From: a phage
Sequence record: PZ452578.1
DNA: 64,000 nt
Strand: one strand, 5' to 3'
Under the pieces are notes generated by a model. The model worked only from the letters and a program-made list of their open reading frames with translations, ran no database searches and was not told the origin of the DNA. The translations under genes were made by a program, and so were the position numbers. Shown here piece after piece: positions 1-9,640 of this stretch (within the stretch, counting starts at the first letter, position 1; each line of letters starts with the position of its first letter).

Positions 1-1688
1 TAGCTAATCTTAGCTAAACTAAATCTACCAACTTTTTCCATCTGAATATGCTGACCATATTCTTGTGGGTCATGGTCTTTATGCGAAATTATGAAGAAGT
101 TGGTATCCTTCAAACCATCTAAAATTTTAGCTACATTTTTAATGCCTTCAGCATCAAATGCACCATCATACACTTCATCAAGAAATAAACAACTTATTTT
201 AACACCTGAAACTTTTTCAGCAATATCACGCCAAGTAAATAAAAGAGCAATATCAATTCGTGCTTTTTCACCTTGACTGAATGAAGCATAACTAAAATCT
301 TCACGACCACGGGATTTAATTGTCTCATTAAATTCTTCATCTAATGTAAACACATAATCCGCTTCCATTATTTTAAGATAATGGTTAATCTGCTTATTAA
401 ATAATGGAATGTACTTTTTAATAATAGCACCTTTAATACCAGAATCTTTGAGCATATCAGTCAAAATTCCTCGGTGGTATTTTTCCATTACTAAATTAGT
501 TTTTGTCTTAACAATTTTATCAAGTTCTTCTTGAAGCAGTGCTATTTCATCAGCATGGTCAATAAACTCAGAAGATGCTTTTTCTATAGCCGCTTTAACT
601 TTTTTAGCTTTATCTACCGTCGTGATTAGAGATTGCTTTTTATTGCGAATATCATTTGCCAACGACTGTTGGGTTTTAATATTATCTCGGTATTCATCAA
701 CAAGAACTTTTAAATTATCACGGTGTGTTGAAAGCTGTTCAAATGAATGCGTACATTCAGAAACTTTATCTTTAATTTTAGAAACAACTTTATCACCGGA
801 ACTTAATTGTGACAAACAGGTTGGACATAATCCACCTTCGTGATACATATTAATGACTTTATTATACGAGTCAATTTTTGATTTAATTAAAAATGCTTCT
901 TGACCGATTTTATTAAATGCATCAGTCGGGTCTTCATCTAAAACAATATTAACTAATCTTTCATTAGCTTCTTCTATTTCTGATTTTAGCGTTCTAGCTT
1001 CTTTTGCCAAATCATCATACATATTTTGTAGACGAGTAAGGTTGTCACCCGTTAATTTTTTCTGGCGTTCAACGTTATCATTATATATTTTAATTTGTTG
1101 GATAATACTATCTTTTTTAACATCAAGCACTTGGTTTTGTGAATTTAATTCACGTATTAGTGCTTTATTAAGCTTATCCATTTCAGCTAATGTTCCTACC
1201 TCAAGCAGGTCTTCCACAAGCTTTCTTCGTGCAGGGGTCGACAAACCCATGAAAGGGATATACCCTGCTGTACCAAGGACAACAATCTGCTTGAAACTGG
1301 CATATGACATTCCGATAAGCTGTTCAAATTCTGCTTGGAAATCTTTACTGCTGGCAGATTCATTAAGACGTGTACCGTTAACGGTGATTTCGAAAACGTT
1401 TGGTTTTTGTCCTCTTTTGATATAGTACTTTTTCTCATCATATTCCATCCACAGTTCAACTAAAAGTTCTTTCTTATTTGTGCTGTTTATTAATTGACCT
1501 TTCTTTACATCACGAAATGGCTTGCCAAAAAGCCCAAATGTGATGGCTTCTAGCATAGTAGACTTACCACCGCCATTTCGTCCAGTAATAAGAGTTTTTT
1601 GAACCTTATCTAATTGAATGTCAATAGGATTTCCACCTACTGACATTATATTTTGATACCTAACTCGGTTTAGTTTAAAATTCTTCAC
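1..1688 (-). CDS. 46: Recombination endonuclease subunit gp46 (Rad50/SbcC-like ATPase); 3' end runs off window start
   Basis: Minus-strand frame open from position 1 to 1688; N-terminus MKNFKLNRVRYQNIMSVGGNPIDIQL with Walker A GRNGGGKST; apparent GTG start at 1686-1688 with in-frame stop 1701-1703 just upstream; followed by gene 47. Confidence 0.88.
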   Translation of the reverse strand, partial: MKNFKLNRVRYQNIMSVGGNPIDIQLDKVQKTLITGRNGGGKSTMLEAITFGLFGKPFRDVKKGQLINSTNKKELLVELWMEYDEKKYYIKRGQKPNVFEITVNGTRLNESASSKDFQAEFEQLIGMSYASFKQIVVLGTAGYIPFMGLSTPARRKLVEDLLEVGTLAEMDKLNKALIRELNSQNQVLDVKKDSIIQQIKIYNDNVERQKKLTGDNLTRLQNMYDDLAKEARTLKSEIEEANERLVNIVLDEDPTDAFNKIGQEAFLIKSKIDSYNKVINMYHEGGLCPTCLSQLSSGDKVVSKIKDKVSECTHSFEQLSTHRDNLKVLVDEYRDNIKTQQSLANDIRNKKQSLITTVDKAKKVKAAIEKASSEFIDHADEIALLQEELDKIVKTKTNLVMEKYHRGILTDMLKDSGIKGAIIKKYIPLFNKQINHYLKIMEADYVFTLDEEFNETIKSRGREDFSYASFSQGEKARIDIALLFTWRDIAEKVSGVKISCLFLDEVYDGAFDAEGIKNVAKILDGLKDTNFFIISHKDHDPQEYGQHIQMEKVGRFSLAKIS

Positions 1689-1948
1689 AAAAGATTCCTT
1701 TTAATGTATCTTTTAGACCATTCTATCATATCATCATAATCTAAAAAGTATTCATCAAATTCAGCCATGCAAACAACACCTTGTGCTGTTTTTGATGTGA
1801 TATAAATTATTCCAACATATCTAGAATCTTCTTCGGTGTAATCAATATTTGCTATGAATTCATCGTTAATGTCAAATGTCGAAAACTTCACAGTATGCAT
1901 CCTTAATACAAGATACAGCCATATCTTGTAATGATTTAGGTGTGTCAT
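1685..1948 (-). CDS. Small hypothetical protein between genes 47 and 46
   Basis: 87-aa ORF in track; stop overlaps gp46 start (GTGA); real start may be the internal Met. Confidence 0.35.
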   Translation of the reverse strand: MTHLNHYKIWLYLVLRMHTVKFSTFDINDEFIANIDYTEEDSRYVGIIYITSKTAQGVVCMAEFDEYFLDYDDMIEWSKRYIKRNLL

Positions 1949-2135
1949 TATCTAAAATGTTGAAGTTAAAAGATACGGCCCAATCAGTGCAGACCGTAAC
2001 CTTTTTAATACAATTATCTTCAACCTCTAGTGGTTCAAACCAATATTCAATAATTTCTTTATGCCCAATATCATCTTTTACTTCACATTCAAAATGCTGA
2101 CTCATCATAACATTTTTAAATTCATCAAAAGTCAT
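1872..2135 (-). CDS. Small hypothetical protein
   Basis: 87-aa ORF; stop abuts gp47 stop region; overlaps next ORF in another frame. Confidence 0.4.
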   Translation of the reverse strand: MTFDEFKNVMMSQHFECEVKDDIGHKEIIEYWFEPLEVEDNCIKKVTVCTDWAVSFNFNILDNDTPKSLQDMAVSCIKDAYCEVFDI

Positions 2136-3151
2136 TGTGTTGCCTCTACATATAACTGATTTGCATATTGAATAAGTGCTTCGCGATCAGAATCAGTGAT
2201 GTCTGGAATTGCATTAATGTATTCTTCCATCAATGTCTGAAGAGATTGAACTTCAACTTCTTCACTGTCATCTGACTCGACAGAGTTATCAATCTTTGAC
2301 ACAACTCGTAATGAATGCACAACTTTTTCTAGTTCAGATTCGAACTTCGTTAGATTTTTGTCTACTTCAGTTACTATAACACGTACTGATAGATTTGTAA
2401 AATCTTTATAGTCAATTTTTCCTTTAAATGGATAATGAATTCTACGATGCCAGGTAGTATTGTTTGGAATAAATTCCATTCGTTCTGTTTCTGTATCAAA
2501 CATCCAGAACCCGCGAGGGTCATTCTCGTCACCTGCTGTTAGTGTCCATGGTGTCCCAATATATCTGACGTTTGCAGCCTCAGAAATAGTATGGAAGTGA
2601 CCAGACCACACTTCTTTATAAGTCTTAAGGAAATCAGGTTCAAGACCGTGAGATTTCATTCCTTTATAAAAATAAAATCCATTCAGTTCCCAGTGACCAA
2701 CACAAAAAGAAGCAGATGAAGTTTTGATGTGTTCAAGAATTTCACCAGTATTTTCTTCACACATCCAAGGAATTAAATCAATCAAACATCCGTCAAAATC
2801 TACTGTAGTAGGCTTATCATATACTTTAACATTAGGATATTTAGCCAAAAGCTCAGTAGAAGCATTTGGATGCATTACATTTTTATAGTGGAGATCGTGA
2901 TTTCCTACAATAGTATGTAATGTGATTCCAGCGTCGTCAAGCATTTGAACTATTTCACGGGCAAACTCCATAGTTTTATGCGTGATCGCTTTTCGTACAT
3001 CAAAAATATCACCATATTGAATCCATACAGTAATTCCATTTTTCTTAGAATATTCTATCGCTTGCTTAATTCCATCAATTTGAATACCGCGAATCCACTC
3101 ATCATCGGCTTTAACGCCTAAATGCCAATCACCCAAGTTTAGTATTTTCAT
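2132..3151 (-). CDS. 47: Recombination endonuclease subunit gp47 (Mre11/SbcD-like phosphoesterase)
   Basis: 339-aa ORF; calcineurin-like motifs GDWHLG, GDIFD, GNHD; adjacent to gp46 as in T4. Confidence 0.9.
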   Translation of the reverse strand: MKILNLGDWHLGVKADDEWIRGIQIDGIKQAIEYSKKNGITVWIQYGDIFDVRKAITHKTMEFAREIVQMLDDAGITLHTIVGNHDLHYKNVMHPNASTELLAKYPNVKVYDKPTTVDFDGCLIDLIPWMCEENTGEILEHIKTSSASFCVGHWELNGFYFYKGMKSHGLEPDFLKTYKEVWSGHFHTISEAANVRYIGTPWTLTAGDENDPRGFWMFDTETERMEFIPNNTTWHRRIHYPFKGKIDYKDFTNLSVRVIVTEVDKNLTKFESELEKVVHSLRVVSKIDNSVESDDSEEVEVQSLQTLMEEYINAIPDITDSDREALIQYANQLYVEATQ

Positions 3152-3752
3152 GGTGTCTTTTCCATCCTAATTTAGCTGCTTTTGAAACTAGTTCTTTAAT
3201 TTTTCCTTTTGTCCATTCAGGACCAGGAGGTTCATGACATAACATTTGCTTAACTCCGTTATTATACCATTTTTTACCTTTATTATGTGATGAAGCTTTA
3301 AATTTATTTGACCTTCCTTTTACATAACCTTCTGGAATATACGGTAAAAAGGCAGATTTTCCTGTTAATGGGTCATGTGAATGTATGTTTCCTTTACAAT
3401 TATGAGAACCATATAATGGATGATTTTGTCCTTTAATATCTCTTCCAAATGAACCTTTTGGAGCAGCATATGACATATTAAAGAATAATGGATTTTTAAC
3501 CGCATCATGCAAACGTTGATAATATAGCTCGCATTTAATAGCTTCTTCGCGCGTATCAAATTCATCTAAAATGCATGAATCAAATAAATGTGGGTTATCT
3601 GAAAGTTCTTCATTATAAATTTTCTTATACTTTTTAGATAAAACTGATCCATGATATCCGGCTAAATGCCTATCTAAAGATGTAGATCCAATATAAAAAG
3701 GAGGAAGTTTATCTCCACTATATATTGTTAAATAAGTTATATATTTTTTCAT
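3129..3752 (-). CDS. GIY-YIG family endonuclease-like protein (Seg-like, putative freestanding homing endonuclease)
   Basis: 207 aa; N-terminus YLTIYSGDKLPPFYIGSTSLDRH fits GIY-(10)-YIG-R pattern; N-terminus paralogous to ORF 19495-20214. Confidence 0.5.
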   Translation of the reverse strand: MKKYITYLTIYSGDKLPPFYIGSTSLDRHLAGYHGSVLSKKYKKIYNEELSDNPHLFDSCILDEFDTREEAIKCELYYQRLHDAVKNPLFFNMSYAAPKGSFGRDIKGQNHPLYGSHNCKGNIHSHDPLTGKSAFLPYIPEGYVKGRSNKFKASSHNKGKKWYNNGVKQMLCHEPPGPEWTKGKIKELVSKAAKLGWKRHHENTKLG

Positions 3753-3889
3753 ATATCAAGAACCGTCATTGAAATGCAAAATAAAATTATTGAAATAAAT
3801 CCATCTGGAGTGCTAAAGAACCCAATCCAACATGCTCTAGTGAATAGATAAAATGCAAGAAAAAGTATCACATATCCAAGAAATATCAT
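3749..3889 (-). CDS. Small hydrophobic ORF (46 aa), translationally coupled (ATGA) to downstream GIY-YIG ORF
   Basis: ATG at 3887-3889 (rc), peptide MIFLGYVILFLAFYLF..., stop TGA overlaps ATG of 3752 ORF. Confidence 0.25.
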   Translation of the reverse strand: MIFLGYVILFLAFYLFTRACWIGFFSTPDGFISIILFCISMTVLDI

Positions 3890-3912
3890 TATATCAAACT
3901 CCGTATAAAGCT

Positions 3913-3930
3913 AAAGGGCCGAAGCCCTTT
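3913..3930 (-). terminator. Intercistronic C(UUCG)G tetraloop hairpin just after a-gt stop
   Basis: plus aaagggccgaagcccttt = minus-strand RNA GGGC-UUCG-GCCC with A/U extensions; weak U tract. Confidence 0.4.
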
Positions 3931-5131
3931 ATTTTGTAATAATGTCAAACTGTTCTTTAAAGCAGAAGCTTGAATCTTGATGCTGATACAAAAATTCATA
4001 AGCTTTTTCGCGTTCACGGTCATAAAGAGTTCGGTTAGATGACAGTTCTTTAATACGTTCAAATGTTGATTCCATGTCATTTTCATCAAACCAAATGATA
4101 CCGCTATCATGCGAAGTCAAAGGAGTATTATCAACACGGAATTTTAAATTTTCGCCCGTAGATTTCCAAAATACCGGAATTGTTCCACATGCACCAAGCT
4201 CGAGATGAGTATATTCTAAAGAACGTTGTAGATATTTTTTGTCCAACTTACTCAGCTGATAACCAAAACCGGATTTACTCATACGTTCAAGCATTTCGCT
4301 ATTTACATAACGGTCAAGAATTTGCGTTGGCAAATTAGGAGCAATTTTAATTTGGTCTACTTGATGAAGACGATAATACTCGTATGGAATTCCTTTTTCT
4401 TTAATAGGAATGAACGCTGGAGAACGTTCCAGACCTTCCATAATAGTACTTAGTCCTGCAGGTTTAAGATATTTTTCATGAAAATCAAACATCTGATAAA
4501 AACCTTTCCATGTAGTCGTACGACCAATCCAACGGTTGATATTCATGTTAATTTCAGAAACATCTTTCCAGTAGGTTGACCGAACCTTCGCAATATCCAT
4601 AGGAGGCTGAAAGTTATATACGGTCGGTGCTTCTTCAATATCATCAAACAGAGAAACTGTTTCAGGATACCATTCTTTCATCAGAACTTTATTAAAATCG
4701 CCATTATCAGAATGACTAAAAATAACATCAGCTCGACGAACAGTTTCTTCTAATCCCAAATTTCGACGCAAAGAAAGAGAAGAATGGTCATGTTGATAAA
4801 CTACAACACGAACAGAAGGTTTAATATTATCAATAATTTTTTTATAGTTATTAATGGTGTCTTCTTCTACTGAAGTAGCAGGAACTGAATTGATAATTAG
4901 AATATCACAATCATTTACCAGCTTAAGTGTTTTATCGTATTCTTTTGCCAATAAAACTGGAATTGAAAATGACTTATAATCATGCGCGCAATTACGAGTA
5001 AATGATTTATCTTTAGCATAAACCAAAATTACTTCATGACCATTTTTAATAAACCAATCACGTTGCTCGAGTGAGAATTTTGTTACACCACAACCTTCAA
5101 GACCTCGAGCCATAAAAATACATACTTTCAT
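3929..5131 (-). CDS. a-gt: DNA alpha-glucosyltransferase
   Basis: 400-aa ORF, near-identical to my recollection of T4 alpha-gt (MKVCIFMARGLEGCGVTKFSLEQRDWFIKNGHEV...), same length and position. Confidence 0.9.
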   Translation of the reverse strand: MKVCIFMARGLEGCGVTKFSLEQRDWFIKNGHEVILVYAKDKSFTRNCAHDYKSFSIPVLLAKEYDKTLKLVNDCDILIINSVPATSVEEDTINNYKKIIDNIKPSVRVVVYQHDHSSLSLRRNLGLEETVRRADVIFSHSDNGDFNKVLMKEWYPETVSLFDDIEEAPTVYNFQPPMDIAKVRSTYWKDVSEINMNINRWIGRTTTWKGFYQMFDFHEKYLKPAGLSTIMEGLERSPAFIPIKEKGIPYEYYRLHQVDQIKIAPNLPTQILDRYVNSEMLERMSKSGFGYQLSKLDKKYLQRSLEYTHLELGACGTIPVFWKSTGENLKFRVDNTPLTSHDSGIIWFDENDMESTFERIKELSSNRTLYDREREKAYEFLYQHQDSSFCFKEQFDIITK

Positions 5132-5182
5132 TTAATATCCTCATTGTTTTGGTTTATTTTACCAAAAATTTATAAAGCAATA

Positions 5183-5200
5183 TAGGAGCCGAAGCTCCTA
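5183..5200 (-). promoter_or_regulatory. C(UUCG)G tetraloop hairpin upstream of a-gt
   Basis: plus taggagccgaagctccta; minus RNA GGAGC-UUCG-GCUCC. Confidence 0.4.
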
Positions 5201-5543
5201 TCCGCATAATACACCGTATAGAGGCTCATTAGAGCTTCTAAATTTTATACGCTTATATGTTATAGTTCCTTCTGCTTTAGCTTTATCATGAGACTCTTTA
5301 AAGCGTCTCATCATTTCTACTTTAGAGGAACGAATTTTATTATCTACTTCAAAAGTCTGGATGTTCATCTTTCATAGTTGCCACCATTTTTTGACTTGAT
5401 AAGAATCAACCCACACTTTCATATTAGGGTCTGCTCTTACAATAGGAGGATTAACTTCTTTAATTGAACTATCATGGTATTCTTTTTCAGAAATTTTCAC
5501 ACAAAGATGACCATTCAAAGATTCAGTAAATCCTGCATTAATT

Positions 5544-5861
5544 TTAAGACGCTTGAATTTTACGTGTGTAAGCATCAATCATATCCTCAATCTGCGATCT
5601 AGTAGTCTTCCAAAGAATACTGATGAGTTCATCGTTATATGGCTGTTTTAGAATATCCCGACTTTTCTTGATAGCATATTCGTATTGAGCAAAATTATTA
5701 TTTTCAGCTGCGATCTGAGCGTGCTTATAAAGACGATTCAGTTCGCGTTTGTTTTTAGACAATAACTTATTTGCTTTTCTTTCTGCTTCAAGACGGTTCT
5801 TTTCTTCAATAGAAGAAATAAGCTTTTCCACTTCATCATTAATTTCGGGTTTATCAGTCAT
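5544..5861 (-). CDS. Hypothetical protein (105 aa)
   Basis: ORF track; charged helical protein; position between 55 and a-gt. Confidence 0.45.
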   Translation of the reverse strand: MTDKPEINDEVEKLISSIEEKNRLEAERKANKLLSKNKRELNRLYKHAQIAAENNNFAQYEYAIKKSRDILKQPYNDELISILWKTTRSQIEDMIDAYTRKIQAS

Positions 5862-5862
5862 A

Positions 5863-6081
5863 TTATTTCTCTAATATAAAATAAAAATCATCATCTGTTA
5901 AATGATACCGATAGTTTAATTCTACACCATTAGATTTAAAAGCGGTATCATACGGATTTTCTGGATCAATATCAATGTCAAGAGCTAAAACTTCCCTGAG
6001 ATACATTTTAAGTAAATAGGGAATAGCTTCAACTTCAGGTATTTCTTCCAAGAATCCGGAGAGGTTAATCGTTAGCCTCAT
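5863..6081 (-). CDS. Hypothetical protein (72 aa)
   Basis: ORF track; overlaps gp55 stop. Confidence 0.4.
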
Positions 6082-6622
6082 ATAAAAAATCCAAACTAGG
6101 AGAATCGTCTACAACACTTTTCTTTTCAGCCCCCGGTGTTCTATAGGTTGATTCTTCGTAATGCGTCATTTTATCGTAGATGTCTTGAATAAAAGTTTCA
6201 TCTACTAACGCAACCATATCGTCGTCACGACTGTCATAGACATTGTGAACGAAGTAACTATATTTCTTTGCAACTTCCTTACGTTCTTTTTTAATACGTT
6301 GGACGAATGCATTAAAACAAGCTTGAGTTATATATGCATGTGGGTTTTTATATTTCGTTTCATCAAAATTGTGAAGTCCCTTAATAGAAGCTTCTATACC
6401 ATCTGCAATCATTTCTTGTTTCCAGGACTGGGTGTATCCTGAAAAGTTGAAACGTTTAGATAAGCCTTCTGCAATAAGCATAATGGCTAATCCGATAGTA
6501 TCATTCTGACGAACTACTTTATTTGGGTCTTTATTATTTGCTAATTCTGTTTTCCAATCAATAATAGCTTGTAAAAGCTCTTTATTGTTTACGTAATTAT
6601 ATTTAGGCTTAGTTTCTGACAT
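6065..6622 (-). CDS. 55: Late-transcription sigma factor gp55
   Basis: 185 aa from ATG at 6620-6622 ([24 protein letters not shown]...), matches T4 gp55 in length and sequence as I recall it; the track ORF starts 2 codons earlier at GTG. Confidence 0.9.
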
Positions 6623-6700
6623 TTTCACCTCTTAGCTCAATTCATAGATCTATTATATCATAATATTTGAAGATCTATCTTAAAGCATAGAGGATATCAG

Positions 6701-6970
6701 TTATCTAAGTAAGCAGTATGCTTGGAACACTTTCTCCATCATCTTTTTAAATTCATGAATATCTATGTAATGATCATTAATATCAGCGCGATATAAAAAG
6801 TCTAAAAACTTTTTATGGGTATTAGAATATTTACTTCCAGTTAATTCAGAAACATGGCTTTCCCAATATCCAACACCAGTTTTATTTGGGAAAAATGAAA
6901 TTTTCATGTATTGGTCAACATAGAAAATACCAAAATTTTCAATAGCAATAGAAATATTAATTAATTTCAT
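6701..6970 (-). CDS. Hypothetical protein (89 aa)
   Basis: ORF track. Confidence 0.4.
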   Translation of the reverse strand: MKLINISIAIENFGIFYVDQYMKISFFPNKTGVGYWESHVSELTGSKYSNTHKKFLDFLYRADINDHYIDIHEFKKMMEKVFQAYCLLR

Positions 6971-7182
6971 ACATTCATCAACTTAGCCGCTTCAAGAGCT
7001 GCATCTAGTGAATCAAATTGGTCAACATATTCAATCAATTCGCCATAATTGGCATATAACCACCATTGGCTAAATTCATACTCAAGGATGAATCCATTTC
7101 CTTCAATTTGAGTTAAACCATTGCCGTTTGTATTTACTTCATATCCGGCAAGACGCAAATCGTTAATAAGAGCTTCGTTCAT
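6967..7182 (-). CDS. Hypothetical protein (71 aa)
   Basis: ORF track; 4-nt overlap with neighbours. Confidence 0.4.
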   Translation of the reverse strand: MNEALINDLRLAGYEVNTNGNGLTQIEGNGFILEYEFSQWWLYANYGELIEYVDQFDSLDAALEAAKLMNV

Positions 7183-7184
7183 AA

Positions 7185-7511
7185 TTATACCTTAGTAATT
7201 TTCAGGTCTGCAAATTTTTTCTTGCGTTGATTTTTCATGCGACGAATAGTTTTATCGGAAATTTCATGCTTTTGATAAGCTTTAGATTCTACACCAAAAG
7301 CTTTAACATCAAATTCTGACAAGATATATTGAACCAACAATTCACGGACAGTATTGCGTCCAATTTTCTGATCATTCTGTTTCATCGTCTGATGAAGCTC
7401 TTTTTCCCATTTATCCAAAATTTGAGGAGTTACAATATCGCCTTTTTCTAGCAAAGAAACTACTTTATCATATGCGTAAGAATTGATGGCGTTTTTAATT
7501 TGAATAGTCAT
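7185..7511 (-). CDS. Hypothetical protein (108 aa)
   Basis: ORF track. Confidence 0.45.
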   Translation of the reverse strand: MTIQIKNAINSYAYDKVVSLLEKGDIVTPQILDKWEKELHQTMKQNDQKIGRNTVRELLVQYILSEFDVKAFGVESKAYQKHEISDKTIRRMKNQRKKKFADLKITKV

Positions 7512-7548
7512 ACATTATCCTCAATTGCGTTAAAATTTTATTATCCAA

Positions 7549-7566
7549 AAAGGGCCGAAGCCCTTA
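7549..7566 (-). terminator. Rho-independent-type terminator, UUCG hairpin plus U tract
   Basis: plus aagggccgaagccctt; minus RNA AAGGGC-UUCG-GCCCUU followed by UUUUUGG. Confidence 0.5.
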
Positions 7567-7764
7567 GCTAAACTTTTTGGCACCCTTCCAGCCTTCGTAC
7601 ATCATTGCGGCTGATATTAATATTGCTCCTGAGCAACTTGAATATTTGTGATTCCAAAACCAGTTTAGAAAAACTTCGTCATCAATACCTTGGGCTATCA
7701 TATTTTCAAAGAACTGACGACGAGCTTCGGCAATTCGCTGCGATAATTTAGATTCAGGATTCAT
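7564..7764 (-). CDS. Hypothetical protein (66 aa)
   Basis: ORF track. Confidence 0.35.
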   Translation of the reverse strand: MNPESKLSQRIAEARRQFFENMIAQGIDDEVFLNWFWNHKYSSCSGAILISAAMMYEGWKGAKKFS

Positions 7765-7903
7765 TTAAATTTTCCAGTTACCGTTTTCATCAATAAATTT
7801 AATCCAGTCATTTACTGACCACTTAGTTGTATCGCCTTTTGGAGTAACATTTAAAGTATATAGCCCTTGCTTAAAAAGCATTCGTTTGATATTCATATTT
7901 TCC

Positions 7904-8242
7904 TCAGCTGTAACGATAGCACTCGTTTGATTTACGCTTAGCAACTAGTTGAGAAGTATTATAATCAAAATCATCGTCAATGTAAACAGATTTTTTCAAC
8001 TTTCTTACTTCACCACGCAGTTGACGATTCAATTCATTCTTAACCTCTGAATCAACACCTCGCATACGTCGCCATTTATCTGAACGAAAAATGTTTTCAA
8101 CCATATCTTTATGACTTACACCATCAGGAGCTTTACGCTTTCCGAAATAGTCATAATCACACACTTTTAAGTCTTTACGACGATACGTTTTACCCATGGA
8201 GTTTAATTTCCTTAGCAACTGAACTAAATACAGCACGGTCAC
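7904..8242 (-). CDS. Hypothetical basic protein (112 aa)
   Basis: ORF track. Confidence 0.4.
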   Translation of the reverse strand: MTVLYLVQLLRKLNSMGKTYRRKDLKVCDYDYFGKRKAPDGVSHKDMVENIFRSDKWRRMRGVDSEVKNELNRQLRGEVRKLKKSVYIDDDFDYNTSQLVAKRKSNECYRYS

Positions 8243-8372
8243 AAATCATGTGTTTATGTAACTTAAGTATAAGATAATAAACATCATAACCATTTACGTA
8301 AGTAACGCGAACAGCATTACCATTAATAAAATAATACTGTCCCTTTTTAATTTCTTTATCAATCATAACCAT
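8190..8372 (-). CDS. Hypothetical protein (60 aa)
   Basis: ORF track; downstream of early promoter at 8403-8432. Confidence 0.3.
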   Translation of the reverse strand: MVMIDKEIKKGQYYFINGNAVRVTYVNGYDVYYLILKLHKHMICDRAVFSSVAKEIKLHG

Positions 8373-8402
8373 ATCAATTCCTCAAAGGCAATTCATGTGT
8401 TA

Positions 8403-8432
8403 ATAATACCACAGTTTGAGCTCGTTGTAAAC
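8403..8432 (-). promoter_or_regulatory. T4-type early (sigma70) promoter
   Basis: minus strand reads GTTTAC-18nt-TATTAT with TGTGG upstream of -10 and A-rich UP region. Confidence 0.55.
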
Positions 8433-8513
8433 AACTTTGTGAAAATTATTTTAAGGAATGATAAGAAGTGAACGATAGCTTAGAATGGTAATATACAGAA
8501 TGTGAGAAAGAAA

Positions 8514-8527
8514 GGCCCAGAGGGCCC
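8514..8527 (-). terminator. GC hairpin after nrdH stop
   Basis: plus ggcccagagggccc; followed on minus RNA by UUUCUUUCUC. Confidence 0.4.
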
Positions 8528-8530
8528 GTC

Positions 8531-8839
8531 TTAGTCTTCTATGATATCTCTATCATATCCAAGTGAAATGAGAGTTTCTTTGAAGTGTTTAATGTTCTTT
8601 TGTCTAGAATCATTAATGAAAATGACTGGATAACGAATGTTAAGAGATGTGAATCCAGCGCGTTTAGCAAGAGATACAATCAGCGGACGATCATACTCAA
8701 TCTTACCGTTATTTGTAAGAACTTTATAGAAAGTAAAAGGAGCATTGAGCTCCTTTAGAAGTTTTGTAACTGATTGACATCCAGGACAACGACCAACTTC
8801 ATCTGGAATTCCATAGACTTCAATCTTATTTTGTTTCAC
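8531..8839 (-). CDS. nrdH: Glutaredoxin-like protein NrdH
   Basis: 102 aa with CPGC redox motif (GRCPGCQS); sits upstream of nrdG/nrdD. Confidence 0.75.
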   Translation of the reverse strand: MKQNKIEVYGIPDEVGRCPGCQSVTKLLKELNAPFTFYKVLTNNGKIEYDRPLIVSLAKRAGFTSLNIRYPVIFINDSRQKNIKHFKETLISLGYDRDIIED

Positions 8840-8841
8840 AA

Positions 8842-9054
8842 CTATTCCTTACTGAGAGCAGCATTCAGCTTGTTAGTAATTTTATCCAGACGCTCATTGA
8901 ACTCGCTAGAAGATAGTCCTTTTTCTGGAGAAATCAAACTAATCACGAAAAATATAGCAATAAAAGGAATAAGGAAAATAGCTCCAACTGCCATAAACAG
9001 AAAGAATGTTACAGTTGTAAGAAAATCAGCCAAACCTTTACGAAATTTATACAT
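8842..9054 (-). CDS. Small membrane protein (70 aa)
   Basis: Single hydrophobic helix FFLFMAVGAIFLIPFIAIFFVISLI. Confidence 0.4.
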   Translation of the reverse strand: MYKFRKGLADFLTTVTFFLFMAVGAIFLIPFIAIFFVISLISPEKGLSSSEFNERLDKITNKLNAALSKE

Positions 9055-9169
9055 ATTTTACCCTTAATTGATTAACCAAGCATTGATAAGCACTAAACTA
9101 TACTGTGAATAAAATTCTGGACCAAAATGAAAAATCATATCATTTATAGTATCCATAATGTAATTCAAT

Positions 9170-9640
9170 TTAATCATGTTTCCACACCCCATCGGTATTT
9201 GACCAAAGTCGCTGATTATCTGATCCTCGCCACAGCTTTTTGGTCGGAAGATTTTTCTCATACTTCCCATCAATAATAACATCAACATATTTAAGCATTT
9301 CTAGTTGTTTAATATCTTCAAACTTGTACCCTGTCCACAACCAAATGCTTTTATTTGGATAAAGATTTTTTACTGTTTGAACAATGCAATGAACAACATC
9401 TCGGTTATCAGGATAAAGAGGGTCACCTCCGGTTATAGTTAATCCTTCTATATAATCATTATTCAAACATTCAATTAATTGTTCTAGTGTTTCACCGGTG
9501 AATGGAATACCATTTCTAGCATTCCATGTTGATTTATTATAACACCCTTCGCATTTATGCAAACAACCTGTAACGAAAAGAACGACCCTGCAACCAGGGC
9601 CATTCACAAAATCGCAAGGATAAAATCTATCATAATTCAT
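9170..9640 (-). CDS. nrdG: Anaerobic ribonucleotide reductase activating protein (radical SAM)
   Basis: 156 aa; CxxxCxxC cluster GCLHKCEGCYN; overlaps nrdD stop. Confidence 0.88.
   Translation of the reverse strand: MNYDRFYPCDFVNGPGCRVVLFVTGCLHKCEGCYNKSTWNARNGIPFTGETLEQLIECLNNDYIEGLTITGGDPLYPDNRDVVHCIVQTVKNLYPNKSIWLWTGYKFEDIKQLEMLKYVDVIIDGKYEKNLPTKKLWRGSDNQRLWSNTDGVWKHD

Noticed and set aside
91-1459. Plus- and minus-strand ORFs in the track (91-276, 622-843, 1042-1425, 1196-1459)
   Set aside because: They lie inside and antisense or out-of-frame to the gp46 coding frame, which is continuous and recognisable; low-complexity translations.
5198-5368. 56-aa minus-strand ORF upstream of a-gt (MNIQTFEVDNKIRSSKVEMMRRFKESHDKAKAEG...)
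   Set aside because: Plausibly real but below the track threshold, with no clear SD and overlapping a hairpin; too uncertain to list as a feature.
9064-9288. Track ORF 9064-9288 (-) and antisense ORFs within nrdD (9640-9864, 10490-10705, 10927-11145)
   Set aside because: Overlap well-supported nrdG/nrdD coding frames.
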